From: Mustelus asterias | Lineage: Eukaryota | Reading direction: 5' to 3' | Assembly (NCBI RefSeq): GCF_964213995.1 | Contig: NC_135804.1 | Span: 59,830,001-59,894,000, forward strand | DNA: 64,000 nt | In this document: positions 12,600 to 26,045 of the stretch, piece after piece | Layout: every line of letters begins with the position of its first letter | Numbering within the stretch: the stretch's first letter is position 1 | Translations under genes and position numbers: made by a program | Notes under the pieces: model-generated | The model's input: only the letters and a program-made list of their open reading frames with translations | Told to the model about the DNA's origin: nothing | Databases searched by the model: none

Positions 12600-14950
12600 A
12601 TGCATTAACATCTACTCCTCTATGTCATTCATAGGCAGAGGGACAGATAGGACGTGCTTGCAACGAATGACCACCGTTTTCCCGCTAGATGCCCCCAGAG
12701 CATATGGGTCCAGAAGCATCTCATGCTTCAAGGCTCAACCAGGCAATCATGAAGGAATCTATTACTGAAAAACTCAAGAGTTACCTCTGTATAGCGAAAG
12801 TAAACTGTATCAAAGTTGACGAGCTAACCTTGAGATATATGGTGCACTCCACTGTTCCAGTGGCCTTTGGCTCTACCGCGTAGAGGTCACCATTGGTTTC
12901 ACCAAAAATTAGGAGTTCCGGAAACAAGCAGAGGAGAAGCATCGTGCAGTACAGGTCCTACTTCAACAACGAGTCATCACTATCCAGGCACATTGCCGAC
13001 ACATACACCTACAGGACTCTCCATTACAAGTTCGAAGAAATTTAAGAAAGTTGGCCGAATCAGAAAACAGGTGAACTTCCGTCACATTCCAAACACAAAG
13101 GCTGGAATAGATTCTACGATGCTCTGAAGTCTCTCTGTCAACTCCCACTCTACTAGTACGTCCCCATTTATCAGTGGCATGATGTTAATATTGCTCACAG
13201 GGAATAACCGCACACATTTTAAAATGACGGGCAGAGAGATTTAGATACATCTTTCATGAACTTCCACCCGTCAACGAGAATAATGAACATGCTACTACTG
13301 GTGTCCATCAAATGTTCTGTTGAGGACACGGACGTTCCCCACAACCCCGTCCAACAAATGTTCCCCGCCGCACCACCGCCCCCCCCCCCCCCACCCCGCA
13401 CCACCACCCCCCACACACACACACCCCCGTCACCTTTCGTCATGCTGTTAGAAATGATGCCGCTGACTAGCAGCAAAGCTCCAGGAGTTGATTACCTCTC
13501 AGCTGTGGTCCACAAGGCCAGGGGTAATTAGCTGGTCGGAACGCTCAATGAACTATTTGAGTCCAAATGCCAGTAAGGAATCACTCCACAAAAACAGAAA
13601 TATGTTTCCATTGTCGACATAAACAAATTGAAAGAAGCTCTGCAATATTGTGGCAATCAAAGGTGAATCTCACTTCTCTTCATCATCAGAAAGGTATTCA
13701 GCAGACTCCTACCGAACCTTTAGTCCATCATCTTGATCAGAATGTGCAGCCAGAGAGATAATGTGGTTTCAGAGAAGTCGGAGGGAGCTATGATACCGTG
13801 TCTGCAGATCGACCGCTCAAGGATGAATGTTAAGAAAATAACACGGACTTCGACATCATTTTTATTAACCTGACCATCTCATCCAACACATTGCGTGATG
13901 AGGGCATTTGAAAGGTACTGGAGAAGTTAGGCTGCACTGGGAAAATCATCACAATGGTTCAGCAGTTTCACCACGGCATGCTCACGGATGTATTGGATGA
14001 TGCTGAGTCATCTGACTCATTCCATGTCACTAACGGAATAGCACAGGACCGCGTGCATGTATTTGTTAATCCGTAGGGCTCTGCAATGCCTTCAAAGATA
14101 TCCATCCTATCATTGAAATCAGATATCATATGGACGGGAAGCTGTCTGAACTGAGACGGCTCCAAAGAGTACTGTCTCCAATACCGTATTTGACGATTTC
14201 ATGTTTGTTGATGACAGTGCACGAACTGCCAGATCCGATCTTGACACCCATCGTAGCATGCGCGTGTGTTCCACTGCATGTGACAACGTTGGCCTTACGA
14301 TCAGCACAAAGAAAACCGAAGCAACGTACCAGCTTGTCCCAGCGAAGCCCTATCTCAAGTTCGGTGACCCATAGTGGTTCCCTTATCTTGACTGCCCTCT
14401 CTCTTGCTGCCCCCGCTCCCTTCTTTCTTGGTCATTGCATCCACAAAACGCCTGCAAGAATTGTAAAAGCATCTCTGTAACCATTAAAACACCACGAACA
14501 GCAGTCATGTTATGAAGACGAACAGTCTGCCAACCAGACTGAAATTCTATGGAGCAATGATCCTCTCTATGCAGGCCACGGCGCTGGAAATTGTACCTCC
14601 GCCATGCCAAAAAGTTCGACGGCTTTAACTTGAGTTATCCTTGGAAGCTTCTGAAGATTGGATGGTCGTACAAAATACCGGACAGCGGTGGGTTGACCCG
14701 AGCTTGTATGTCAAACATCCGCACAATAAACAGAGGTCACAACTGAATTGAGTTGATCTGATTGCCAGAATGACTGACACTCGTTCACCAAAGTTAATCT
14801 TCTCTGGAGATCTTGAGTAAAGGGACTCCCACAGTCAAAGGAAGAGCTACGAGGACATTCTGAAGAGTTTGCTTTGGCGTTTTAATATCGACCCTGATTC
14901 ATAGGTGAAGTTCATCGAGGATTGCGGCATCTGGTGCAATGGAACAAAAA
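12600..14950 (+). mobile_element. Highly degenerate RTE-clade LINE
   Basis: Hand translation gives remnants such as CGFR, KVLEKLGCTGKIITMVQQFHHGM, DSFHVTNG and GLTISTKKTE, typical of RTE reverse transcriptase. Confidence 0.7.
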
Positions 14951-16129
14951 CAAATGGGCGTGGGATCGTTCAATTTTGATAATCATTTACATTGGTTTAG
15001 TTATTGGCATTAGTGAAATCATCACTGTGTGCCAACCCAATGTGGTTTTATGCTGAATTATAGGACCGCAACTTACCATATGACTTGGTCGTACCATCAC
15101 ACTCACAATTAACAAGAGAAAAAGAATATAGGCCCTTAAGCTAGGCATACAAGATGTCAAGGTTGACCAGTTAATGGTATGGAACCATCCACCTCCTTGA
15201 CATTTAAAATTCTCAACTCCATTCTATTAATTCAAAGTGCTATTATGCAAAGAAACACAACATTTAGCTTTGTGCTTGAAATTGAGACAGTTTAACTTGT
15301 GATATTTAAGGGAAGTCAATTTCAAATTCAAGACGTAACCATCTTTGATTTTGCAAGTTTAGGGTCAAGTTCTGTAATTAGCTTTTGTAACTCTATAGTT
15401 CTTTTAAATTTCAACATATATTTTCAAATCACTTTCAAGCATTGATTCTACATGTATTTTGTATAGCCTTTGTGTATTTTCTGTAGCTTTAAGTTTGGCA
15501 AAACTATTCTGCAATTTTAGATGACTTATACCAAGCACAGCAACAACAAAAACACACTATAACAAAGCAGTTGCCCTAACAAAACCAAGTTGATGAGTGT
15601 CTGTTTTAATGAAGTTCTACGTCCATTAGACATCTGGACAAATGAGTGCATTTTCCAAGGCATCTCATTCTGTCTTATCTCAAATAAAAGTAGAACTATT
15701 CTTACTTACATTCTTCGTGCGTGTGTGTGTGTGCTCTCACGTGCGTTATGTACGATGTCAGTTCTTTGTAAATTGCTTTACTACTTTTAAGGTAATAAGC
15801 AAATTTATCACTCTATGTTTTGTAGCAAAAATAAATTAACTCTTCCCAAATAACCACAGAGCAAAGTCATATCGACCTTCTAATCACCTATGCAAAACAG
15901 AAAGTCGCTGATAGGAATCTGATTTGAACGCAAATAAATGAAATCTGAGACTATGAACTCAAGATATCAATCACGGGGGCATGACAATATATTTCCCCCA
16001 TTCTGAACAACTGGGGAACGAAGATAGCATGAAATATGATGTTATCTTAACAAGAAGTAAGTAAATTAACAAACTAACTTTAGTGACTGGACTTGTCCCA
16101 CAAGTAACTGAAATCTTCGAGGGCCATTC

Positions 16130-17690
16130 AGGGGATAGTAGTAAATATGAGCATATCTTTCCTTTCATAAGAGGACCAAAACTGTTCACAGTATTCCCGT
16201 TGTTGTCTGCCTGGTGCTTTATATAGTTTTAGCAAGACTTCCCTATTTCATGCACAATTCCATTTGAAATAAAGAGTAACAATCCATTTGCCTTCCCTAT
16301 TACTTCCTGAACATTCAGGCTCGCTTTTTGTAATTTTTGCCCGAGGACACCAAAATCCCTCTGGGTTGCAGCTTTCTGCAGTCTTTCTCCATTTAAACAA
16401 TATTCAGCTCCTTTATTGTTTCTGCTAACGTGCATAAATTAACATCCCCCTGCATTGTATTCCAAGTTTTTGCCCACTCACGTAAGTCATCTGTATCCTC
16501 TGTAGACTATTTGTGTCATCCTCACCACTTGCCTTTCCACCTATTTTGTGTCATTAGCAAATTTGGTAATAGTACAATTACTTTGCTCATCCACGTCACT
16601 TATATATATTGTAAATAATTGTGGCCCCAGCACTGATCCCTGTGACACTCCACCAGTTATAGGTTGCCATCCTGAAAATGTCCCTCTTATTCCAAATCAC
16701 TATCTTCCTGTAGGTCGCCAATCCTCTATCCATGCTTATACACTTACCCGGACACAATGGACCCTTATCATATGAAGTAGCCTTTTGTGTAGTATCTTAT
16801 CGAATGCTTTGTGTAAATTCAGGTATACTACATCTAGTGGTTCCTCTTTATTAATCCTGCTCATTATCACCACAAAGAATTGTAATTAATTTTTCAGGAA
16901 TATTTTCCCTTCATGAAGTCATGACTGACTCTGCTTTATTATGTTATGCATCCCTAAACCCTCTGCTAAAACATATTTTATGATAGGCTCTAACATTGTC
17001 CCAATAACAAATATTAAGCTAACTAACTTTACTCACCTGATTTTCTCCCCCTTCCTTTTTGAATGGTGTTACATTGGCAGTTTTTCGATCCTCAGGGAAT
17101 TTTCCAGAATGGAAGGATCTTGGAAACTTACAACCAATGCACTTACTGTCTCTGGCGCTACTTCCTTTAATATCCTAGGATGCAACCAATCAGGTCCAGA
17201 GACTTATCGGTCTTTCGCCGCAAAAGTTTCCCTAGTACTTTGTTCTCGAGTGCACCTTATTGTATTAATTCCTTCACTTCCTCCCCCACCCCAGCTCCCA
17301 CCGTTTTTCCCCTTGATTATTTAGTATTTCTGAAGTGTTATTAATGTCTTCCATCGTGAAGACAGACTCAAAGTATTCATTTAACTCCTCCACCATTTTC
17401 TGGTTTCCCATTTTTACTCCCCCATGTTCAACTAAGGGGTTTATGGTCCCGTCAACCTCAGAAACTCTTACTGTTGTTTTTACATTACCCTCTCGTTTAA
17501 TTCATGGTTTATCTTCTCCCTCTTCATTATTTTGGTCATCTTTTGCTGAATTTTAAATCATTCGCAATCCCCTGGTTTATCATTAATCTGTGCCACATAG
17601 TGTGTTCAGTTCATTTAGTGTTATAAAATCTGTATATGTATTTAATAACCATGGTTGAATTATCCCCTTCCTAGAAATCATCATCCACAC
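16130..17690 (-). mobile_element. Degenerate CR1 fragment
   Basis: YCLNGERLQKAATQRDFGVL and other decayed RT segments. Confidence 0.8.
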
Positions 17691-18229
17691 AAGGATATTT
17701 ATTTGTCTGAGGATCACACTTTGGTCTGATCAGCCATCTCAGAGTTGAAAGAAGCCATCGTTGTTCCCTCGGGCCTGCCTAAGGGAACAAGAGGTATTTG
17801 CAAGAGAGCATTCTGGAACAGATTGCCTATGCCTGCGGCAAAACCTCACCCTGTGCCTTAGATGTTAGACATGATGATCTTACCTCGAAGGACGAGCAAC
17901 ACCACTTTCCTATCAATTCAAATTGCCCAAAACTATACCAATTATATGTTTCGTGGTACTCGGGTGTCAACAAACGATATAATGCACACATGATCTGGAA
18001 ACATTTTCCATCGTCTGGATTGAAACGAATAGAGAACAGATTGCAGCGTTATTCTTATTTGTGGGGTTGCAATGCAGTTCATTTTTAAAGGAATGTGAAC
18101 ATGATAATGTGGCTGTACGAACTTGTATACTTCCCTACGTTGAACAATTATAAACTGTTTCAAGAAGACATATTTGCAATATTAATTCTTCTGCCATGAC
18201 AGATTTTTAAATGTTCATCCCGGAACCAC

Positions 18230-21065
18230 GGAATTGTTATGGTACGAAAAGAGGCCATTTGGCCCATCGTATCTGCGTCAGCTCTGCAAATGAGCATCAT
18301 GCTTGAGTGCAATTCATCTGCATTTGCCCCCTCGCTCTGCATTTTTTCTATTCAAATAATCACCTGATGCTCTTTCGAATGCCTCGGTTGAATCGACATC
18401 CACCTCACTTCCAGGCAGCGCATTCCAGACCAGAAGCATTCATTGTCTGTAGAGATATTTTCTCACATCACATTTGGTTCTTTTGAAAATTACCTTAAAA
18501 CTATGCCCTCTCGTTATTGGTCCTTTTACGAACGGGAACAGTTTGACTCTATTTACACTGTACAGCCCTCTCATGATTTTGAACATCTCTATCAAATTTC
18601 CTCTGAGCCGCATTCTCTCCAAGGAGAACAATCGTAACCGCTCACATCTGTCCTCATAACTGAAGTTTCTCATCCCTTCAGCCATTCTTGTAGACCTCTT
18701 CTGCACTCTCCAATGCATTCCTACTGTTCCCATAATGTGGCATCCAGAACTGTATGGAATTTTCCAGCTGAGGTCCAATTAGTGTCTGTTTAACCTCCTT
18801 GCCTATGTACTCCAAGCACGTATTAATTGAGTTCAGAATACTATATGCTTTCGTAACCCCCGTTCTCTACACCTTTCCTGACGATCTATTCACATATGCA
18901 CCCAGGTCGTTCTGCTCCTGCATCCCTTTAAGAATTTTACCCATTGTTTCATATTGTTTCTCCATGCTCCACCGACAAAAATGCATCACCTCACATTTCT
19001 CCATATTTAATGTTATGTGCCACCTATCTTCCCATTCCAGCAATTTATCTGAAATTCTCCACTACTCTTTGATTTGATTTGATTGATTATTGTCACATGT
19101 ATTCGCAGACAGTGAATAGTATTGTTTCTTGCGCGCTATACAGACAGAGAACACCGTTTATAGAGAAGGAAACTGAAGAGTGCAAAATGTAGTGTTACAG
19201 TCATAGCTAGGGTGTAGAGAAAGATCAACTTAATGCAAGGTAGGTCCATTCAAAGGTCCGATGGCAGCAGGGAGGAAGCTGTTTTTGAGTCGGTTGGTAC
19301 GTGACCTCAGACTTTTGTATATTTTTCCCGACGGAAGAAGGTGGAAGAGAGAATGTCTGGAGTGCGTGGGGTCCTTAGTTATGCTGGCTGCTTTGCGGAG
19401 GCAGCGGAAAGCGTAGACAGAGTGTACTCATCACAGTTTACAATAATTATGGTTTTGTGTCATCCGCAAACTTTGAAATTGTCCCCTGTACACCAAGATC
19501 TGGATAATTAATATTTCTCAGGAAATGTAAGGTTCTCAATACCGACACCTGGGGAACACCGCTACAAATGTTTCTTCCGTCCAGAAAAATCCACTAACAA
19601 TTACATTTTGCTTCCTATTATTCAACCAATTTTGTCCAGCCGCTATAACTCTCCCTTTTATTCCATGAGCTATAACTTTTTCCACAAGTATGTTGTATGG
19701 CACTGTATCAAAAACCTTCTGAAAATCCATGTGTACGAAAGCAACACCATTACTCTCATCGACCCTTTCTGTTACTCGCCCCATCCGCCACCCCTCCCCC
19801 GCCCCCCCGCCCGCCCTCAAAAAACTCCAGCAAGTTAGTTTCGCATGACTTCCCCTTTCGAAATCTATGCTGGATCTTCCTAACAGCGCACATTTGTCCC
19901 ATCTGTCTACCAATTTTATCCAGAAAAATTGTTTCTAGACGCTTGCTCATTACTAATGTTAAGCTCACTGACCAATAATTGCTGGGGCTATTCCTACAAT
20001 CTTTTTTGAACAAGTGCATAACATTGCCAATTCTCTGTCCTCTGACACCTCCCCTGACTCCAGAGAAGACTTGATTATTATGACCATTCTCACTTCCTTC
20101 AATGTATTTGGATACATCCCATCTGTTCCGGCTGCCTTGTCGACTTTCAATACTCAGTCTATTCCATGCTTCCTGGGTATCAATTTTGATCGCCTCTAGG
20201 GGCCGAATTTCCTTGCCTGTGACCAAGTCCTGGATAGTATTATCTCCTTGGTAAAGATGGATACAATAGATGCATTCATTTAAGACGTCAGCCATGCCCC
20301 TGCCTCCATGTGTATATTCCCTTTCAGCCCTACTGCTTTTACAACCCTTTTACTATTTGTATGCTTCGAGAAGTATTTTGGATACCCCTTTATGTTTGAT
20401 GCCAACCATTTCTCAAATACCTCTTCGCTTCTTTAATGTGCTGACTGTTTCCCCTCTGAATCTTCTTCATTTGTCCCGGCCCTCGAGTCTGTTTTCACCT
20501 GACACTTGTCTTAAGCACACTTTTTTCTTCGGTATCCTAATTTACATCACCTTTTTCATCCAGGGGGATCTCGATTTGTTTGCCCTTCTTTTCACCTTGA
20601 GGGAATATACCTTGACTGTGCCCAGACAATTTATGTTTTGGAGGTAACGCATTGTTCAGCTCCAGCTCTTTCCCGCCAATATTTGGTTTCAGTCGAACCG
20701 GCCAAGCACTGTTCTTGACTCATTGAAGTTGCTTCTCTCGCAGTTTAGTAATTTTATCATTGCTTGCCTAATTAATTACCTTTCCTATGATTATCCTAAA
20801 ACTTCCTGTACAAGGTCGCTGTCTCCTAAACGTCTCCCCTTTGACACTAGATCTAACTTACCCACCCCATTTCCAAGAACTAGGTTCAACATTGCATCCT
20901 TTCTTCTTGAACTGGACAGATACTGCTGTTGAAAATTTTCCCAAACACGATACAAGAACTTTTGCCCCTCTCCACCCTTTACATTATCACCATCCCAGCC
21001 TACCGTTGAGTTATTAAAGTCACCCATTAAAACTGCTCCATAATGTTTGTACTTTTCTCAATGTT
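18230..21065 (-). mobile_element. Degenerate CR1, interrupted at about 19070-19425
   Basis: MDFQKVFDTVPY, HRFRKGKSCETNLLEFF, GDFN endonuclease remnant, and 3'-end ORF 18440-18778. Confidence 0.85.
19070..19425 (-). mobile_element. 3' end of a non-LTR element (Rex1/Babar-like) with a TTTGA-repeat tail
   Basis: Minus strand encodes TNRLKNSFLPAAI. Same family at about 32690-32920 (+) and 63655-64000 (-). Confidence 0.6.
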
Positions 21066-21199
21066 CCTTTTCCTATACATACTTCTCGGTAATTGGCGAA
21101 ATGTAGAGTGCACCGAAGAATATACCTGCATCCTATTTTCTTTGTTTTTTTCATTCTGTCCTTTTCTGCAATTATATTTTTATATTGGATTTCTTCTTT

Positions 21200-21385
21200 T
21201 AGTCCAAAGGTGTGCGGGTTAGGTTGATTGGCCATGCTAAAAAATTGCCCCTTAGTGTCCTGAGATGCGTAGGTTAGAGGGATTAGCGGGTAAATATGTG
21301 GGGGTAGGGCCTGGGTGGGATTGTGGTCGGTGCAGACTCGATGGGCCGAATGGCCTCCTTCTGCACTGTAGGGTTTCTATGATTC
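21200..21385 (+). mobile_element. HE1-type SINE, 3' half
   Basis: TCCAAAG.TGTGCGGGTTAGGTTGATTGGCC through ATGGCCTCCTTCTGCACTGT. Confidence 0.75.
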
Positions 21386-24300
21386 GTATATTGATAGAAT
21401 GCCACGCCGCATAATTTGGCTTTTGGGTCGGATCTGCAAATTCGGGTTTAGTTGATTCCTACACTCCAGCTTTTTCCCCATAATCTCCCACCTCCCCGAA
21501 TGATTCTTCAGGTAAAATTGAAATTTGCTCTTAAGCCCACTTCTACTGTCCTTTCAAGTAGCACATTCTAAAACTTAAATCCGTTTGAAAACATTTCTCC
21601 TCATTTCCATTCAAATTCCGTTCCCAACTATTTTGCCATATTTCTTCGACCGCGAGTTACCGACCCAAGCGTTTCAAATTAGGTATTTTATAATTTCGGT
21701 ATATATTGTCTTGACAGACTGATCGCGGATTATAGGATATTTCAGAAACGGCAGCTTTAAATGTGCACATGTTCCAATGAACACTCATTCTCTAGAAACG
21801 TAAGGAATCAGCGAAGATTTTGACCGTGTGGTTTTATGCAGTTCTCAAGTTTGTCTGCAACAGCGGGACGTATGCGTTACATTCCCCAGCTAAATAAAGA
21901 ATGCGGTCCATTGGTTCACTTCTCCGCAGCAACGGTTTAATTTTAAATTTAGTTCATTGCAACATCGTGGGAAACCGCCTCATGCATATGAACAAGATTA
22001 ATGTTCGTATTTCATTTCTTAGCTTCCAGAATATGAAATCCTTTATCCTGAATATATCATATCTGATCGTTTCTTTCTATTTCTCGATATTATGCAAAAT
22101 ATGCAATTAATTGCAATATGTTTTTCTCACTCCTGTCGCTTTGCATTTTTTTTTCGTCATTTGTCTACTACGGCGACATTTCTTGAATATTTTGTACGAA
22201 ATGTCTCCATGCACTGCAACAAGCCTCCGCTGATCATATGGGATCCAACCATGTTTTCGTTGACCAGTCAGGCAAAAGGCGAGCAGATTTTCCATAATTG
22301 TTACTGCTTTAGGCTAATGCTGCTGATTAAGGTTGCCCATTGTGATTACATTGTTCATGATATTTAATCTCCGCTTAAGCTGGAGGTTTCCTCTCAAGCC
22401 TATACAGCCATGTGTTGAATGGGTAATACCTGCCCTGGAGAATCCATGCTGAATGCGCTCACTTGTCCGGAAAGATGGTGCCACTTACCACCGCCATTGT
22501 AGCTTTTTTCATCAAAACGGGCAGACACTTGATTGGGCTGCTCACAGACTAATTGGAGACCGATACAATGTAAGTCGTTTTTTCTCGATGAAGATCACCG
22601 ACTGCTGTGTGAGATTCTTAATGGCCAGATAGATGCAATAGATGATACCTTTTATAAGATGGAACCTAGTGATGGCTGGGAATCCAATTAATTTATCTAC
22701 CTGTTGCACGAATAGATTTGGTAATGAAATTGCTCACCTCCTAGATGCATCGAAGAATTGCAGGCTGGGATTTTTCATACACATTCTTAGTGGATTAATG
22801 GAAAGATGCGGAACCATATATGTTGGGAAACATGTCACTGCAAGTGTTGTCCAGCAAATCCCATTGGTCTCAGCTCGACTTGCAGAATTATGAATAGACC
22901 AATGACGCCCTCTATGGTCTTTGGAGAGTCCCTATGGATCAATCCCACGCCAGGTGGTCCTCCCATCCTTTTGGAATATTTTGGTAGCACAATTCCGTCA
23001 AACATGCTGTGGCAATTCTGTTGGTAGCAAGTGCATCGCCCCCCTCCCCACCTCCCCCCGCCGCCTCCCCCCCCCCCCCCACCCCCCACCACCACCAGCC
23101 CCACTGAACACCACCCATTACGCAGTATACATGTTGGTGACAGAGTTTCACGCCTTCCACCTGTTGGCGACGTTTCCCTCCGAGGACTTCAGCCGCTGGC
23201 TGGCAACGCCTCCGTTCCCCAATTAATTTCTCCCTTGCCACATAACTTATCTTTCAGAACGAATGGCTGGCAGATATTCCGCCTTACTGCAGTGTGAAAT
23301 CCATGCTCTTTCCCACTCTTTGTCACAATGGGAGGCAAGTTCGCAACAGTTTGCTTCTAGTTGAGTGAATCAAGGCTACACTTACGCTCGTCTCCCGTAT
23401 CAAACATCAATCTACCCTGCTCTTACAGGTCCAATAAATTCTACGCTCACTCCTGTCGGGGCCGCATTGCGTGATTGTTTTATGTGTCAGCATAATGCTT
23501 ATAATGCATCATTTAATAGCTTGATTGTGAATTTCTGTAGTTGTGAGCCCTCACTATATGGCGAACACTTGAGGTAGAAGACATTAATGGAGTGCACAGA
23601 ATGAGAGTGATGGTGAATGTATCTTTAGCCTTAATGTAATGACGTGGCCAATAGGGATAAAAGGCCTACACGGCTACCTCGATGAGAAGACTAAATCGCT
23701 TCTGCCGACATTTTAAGATATCGTAAGAGAAACATGAACTTGTGAGTGAGTGGCGTTTTTCCATGGCATGTATGCCAATGGTTATTAACTTCGTTAATAC
23801 GAGTGTATTTGCACACGTTGCCGGGTCTGGATCATCTGCTCCGCTCCCTTTCAGGGACAAGGAGAAAAAGTTGAGCCCATTATAATCGTCATTTTTCAAT
23901 TCTATTGCCCCGGTTTGTGTGTACCACGACGATACGTGAGTAACACGCTGGGGCGTACTGCAGGGCTTCCTCGCAATTACTGAAGCATTTGAACCGCATT
24001 TTCAGAAAGCGTTGAATGTTGAATCTTTAACCTTGTAATCATACAATCATGGAATCATACATTGAAGAAGAGGCCCTGCAGCCCATTGAGCCTGCACTGG
24101 CACATTAGAAACACCTGAACTCCCACCTAATCTCATCAGCCAGCACTTGGTCCATAGCCCTGAATGTTATGCCGTGCCAACCGCTCATCCAGGTGTATTT
24201 TAAAGTATGTGAAGCAACCCGCCTTTACCACCCTCCCAGGCAGTGCATTCCAGGCCGTCACCATCCTCTGGGTAAAAAGCGCTTTCCTCACATCCCCCCT

Positions 24301-24891
24301 AAATCTCCTGCCCCTCACCTTGAACGTATGTCCTCTTGTGACTGACCCTTCAACTAACAGGAACAGCTGCTCCCTACCCATTCTGTCCATGCCCGTCATT
24401 ATCGTGTACGCCTCAATCATGTCGCCCCTCAGTCATCTCTGCTCCAACGAAAACAATCCAAGCCTATCCAACCTCCCTTCATAACTTAAATGTTCAATTT
24501 CAGGCAGCATCCTGGTGAATCTCCTCTGCACTCTCTCGAGTGCAATCGCAATCTTCCTATAATGTGGTGACAGAACTGCACACAATACTCTAGCTGTGGT
24601 CTCACCAAAATTATATACAACTCCAACATTACTTTCCTGCTTTTGTAATCTAAGTCTTGATTGATAAAGGCAAGTGAACCATATGCATTTTTCACCACCT
24701 TACTAATATGCCCTTCCAGCTCCAGAGATCTGTGGATAAACACGCCAAGGTCCCTTCGTTCCACAGAACTTCCGAGCGTCGACCATTCATTGAATGCTTC
24801 ATTATCAAATTACTCTTTCTAACGTGTATCCCCTCACACCATTCAGGGTTAAATTCCATCTGCCACTTAGCTGCCTATTTGATAATTCCAT

Positions 24892-25713
24892 TGTGGTGAT
24901 ATAAACAGGGCCAAGTTTTAAGGCTGATAAAATTGGATATCCTAAATTAAAGAATGGGGCATATTCAAATCAAACACAAACCTCAGACAGGCCAATTATA
25001 CAAATACACAAACGTGCCTGGGCCTGACCCATCAACCATCCATCAAAGGTCGTTACACTCTACTTGAGACGTAGCAGGAGATCATGGCACCTCATTGAAA
25101 TGTATCGGCCTATTGTTAGAAGCGCAGATCAAGCCAGACTTTCTGTCACCAAGAGTTCCTGCAGATAACTTATCTGATAACAAGTTCAACAACATGGAGA
25201 TGGACACTTGGGGGGGCGGACCCTGGTGTCCTGTCAGGCAGACATCAAGAAACCCACTGGGCATTGGAACCCTCTCCTGGGACCTCATTGGCCGGAAGCC
25301 AGAGATGTTTCTGGAAAGGCAAGCAGGCTGGGGGATAAAGGGGCACATTTTCAGACACACTGCAGCGAAGACTCGATAGGGGAGATGGCCGTGACCATTC
25401 GGAAGACTGACCAGAGAAGGAAGGAAGGAAGAAGCGGCCATCAAGACTCACCTTCGTGACGACGGACCAGAGGGACTCAGAGAATCGGACCTGCAGTTCA
25501 ACCAAACCACCTCTACGGGTAGTATACTTGAATCTGCTGGGGTATCCTCTTGTTTTATGTGGGTAATTTAAGGGTTAATAGTGTTATCATTAATAAACTT
25601 GTTGAAACTTTACTTGTGTTTGTCCTTTGTCCATCTTGCAAATAAGGGCACTGCGGTAAAACCTTGGAGTAAGTAAACTGGTTGAATGTATCTGAGAATT
25701 AACAGGTACAACA
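24892..25713 (+). repeat. 5' LTR (822 bp)
   Basis: TGTGGTG...ACAACA. Direct repeat of 29821-30646. AATAAA at about 25592. Confidence 0.95.
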
Positions 25714-25714
25714 G

Positions 25715-25732
25715 TGGCACCCCAGATGGGAC
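25715..25732 (+). promoter_or_regulatory. Primer binding site, tRNA-Arg(CCU)-type
   Basis: TGGCACCCCAGATGGGAC lies 1 nt after the 5' LTR. Its reverse complement GTCCCATCTGGGGTG-CCA matches the 3' end of a vertebrate tRNA-Arg-CCT as I recall it. Confidence 0.85.
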
Positions 25733-26045
25733 TTCGATAAGAAGTGATACATTGCTCCGAAGTCGAAGCTTCAACCCGGTATTCTCCGACACTCCGTCTG
25801 AGCCTGAATTAAGAGGGCAGCTGCCCCACGTGACGGCCAGTCTTAAGTGAGTGAAGGACTAATACAGATTCAACCAGTAAATTGGACCATAACGGTGTCT
25901 GTGACACAAGGTGGACAAACTGTGTAGTTAGAACTAGAACAGTCCAGGGAATTTGGGTAAAATCTACGGGAGGGAATTTAGTGAAAACCAGACCCCTTCC
26001 CCGATCCCTTACCTATACTCAAGTGACGAATCCTAAAAGGAAATA

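Noticed and set aside
22835-23297. Gly-rich and Pro-rich ORFs
   Set aside because: Artefacts of poly-C tracts; the same applies at about 13.3, 19.8 and 31.9 kb.
25082-25505. ORFs of 83-120 aa repeated at about 30015-30438
   Set aside because: They are incidental frames within the two LTR copies, with no recognisable domain.
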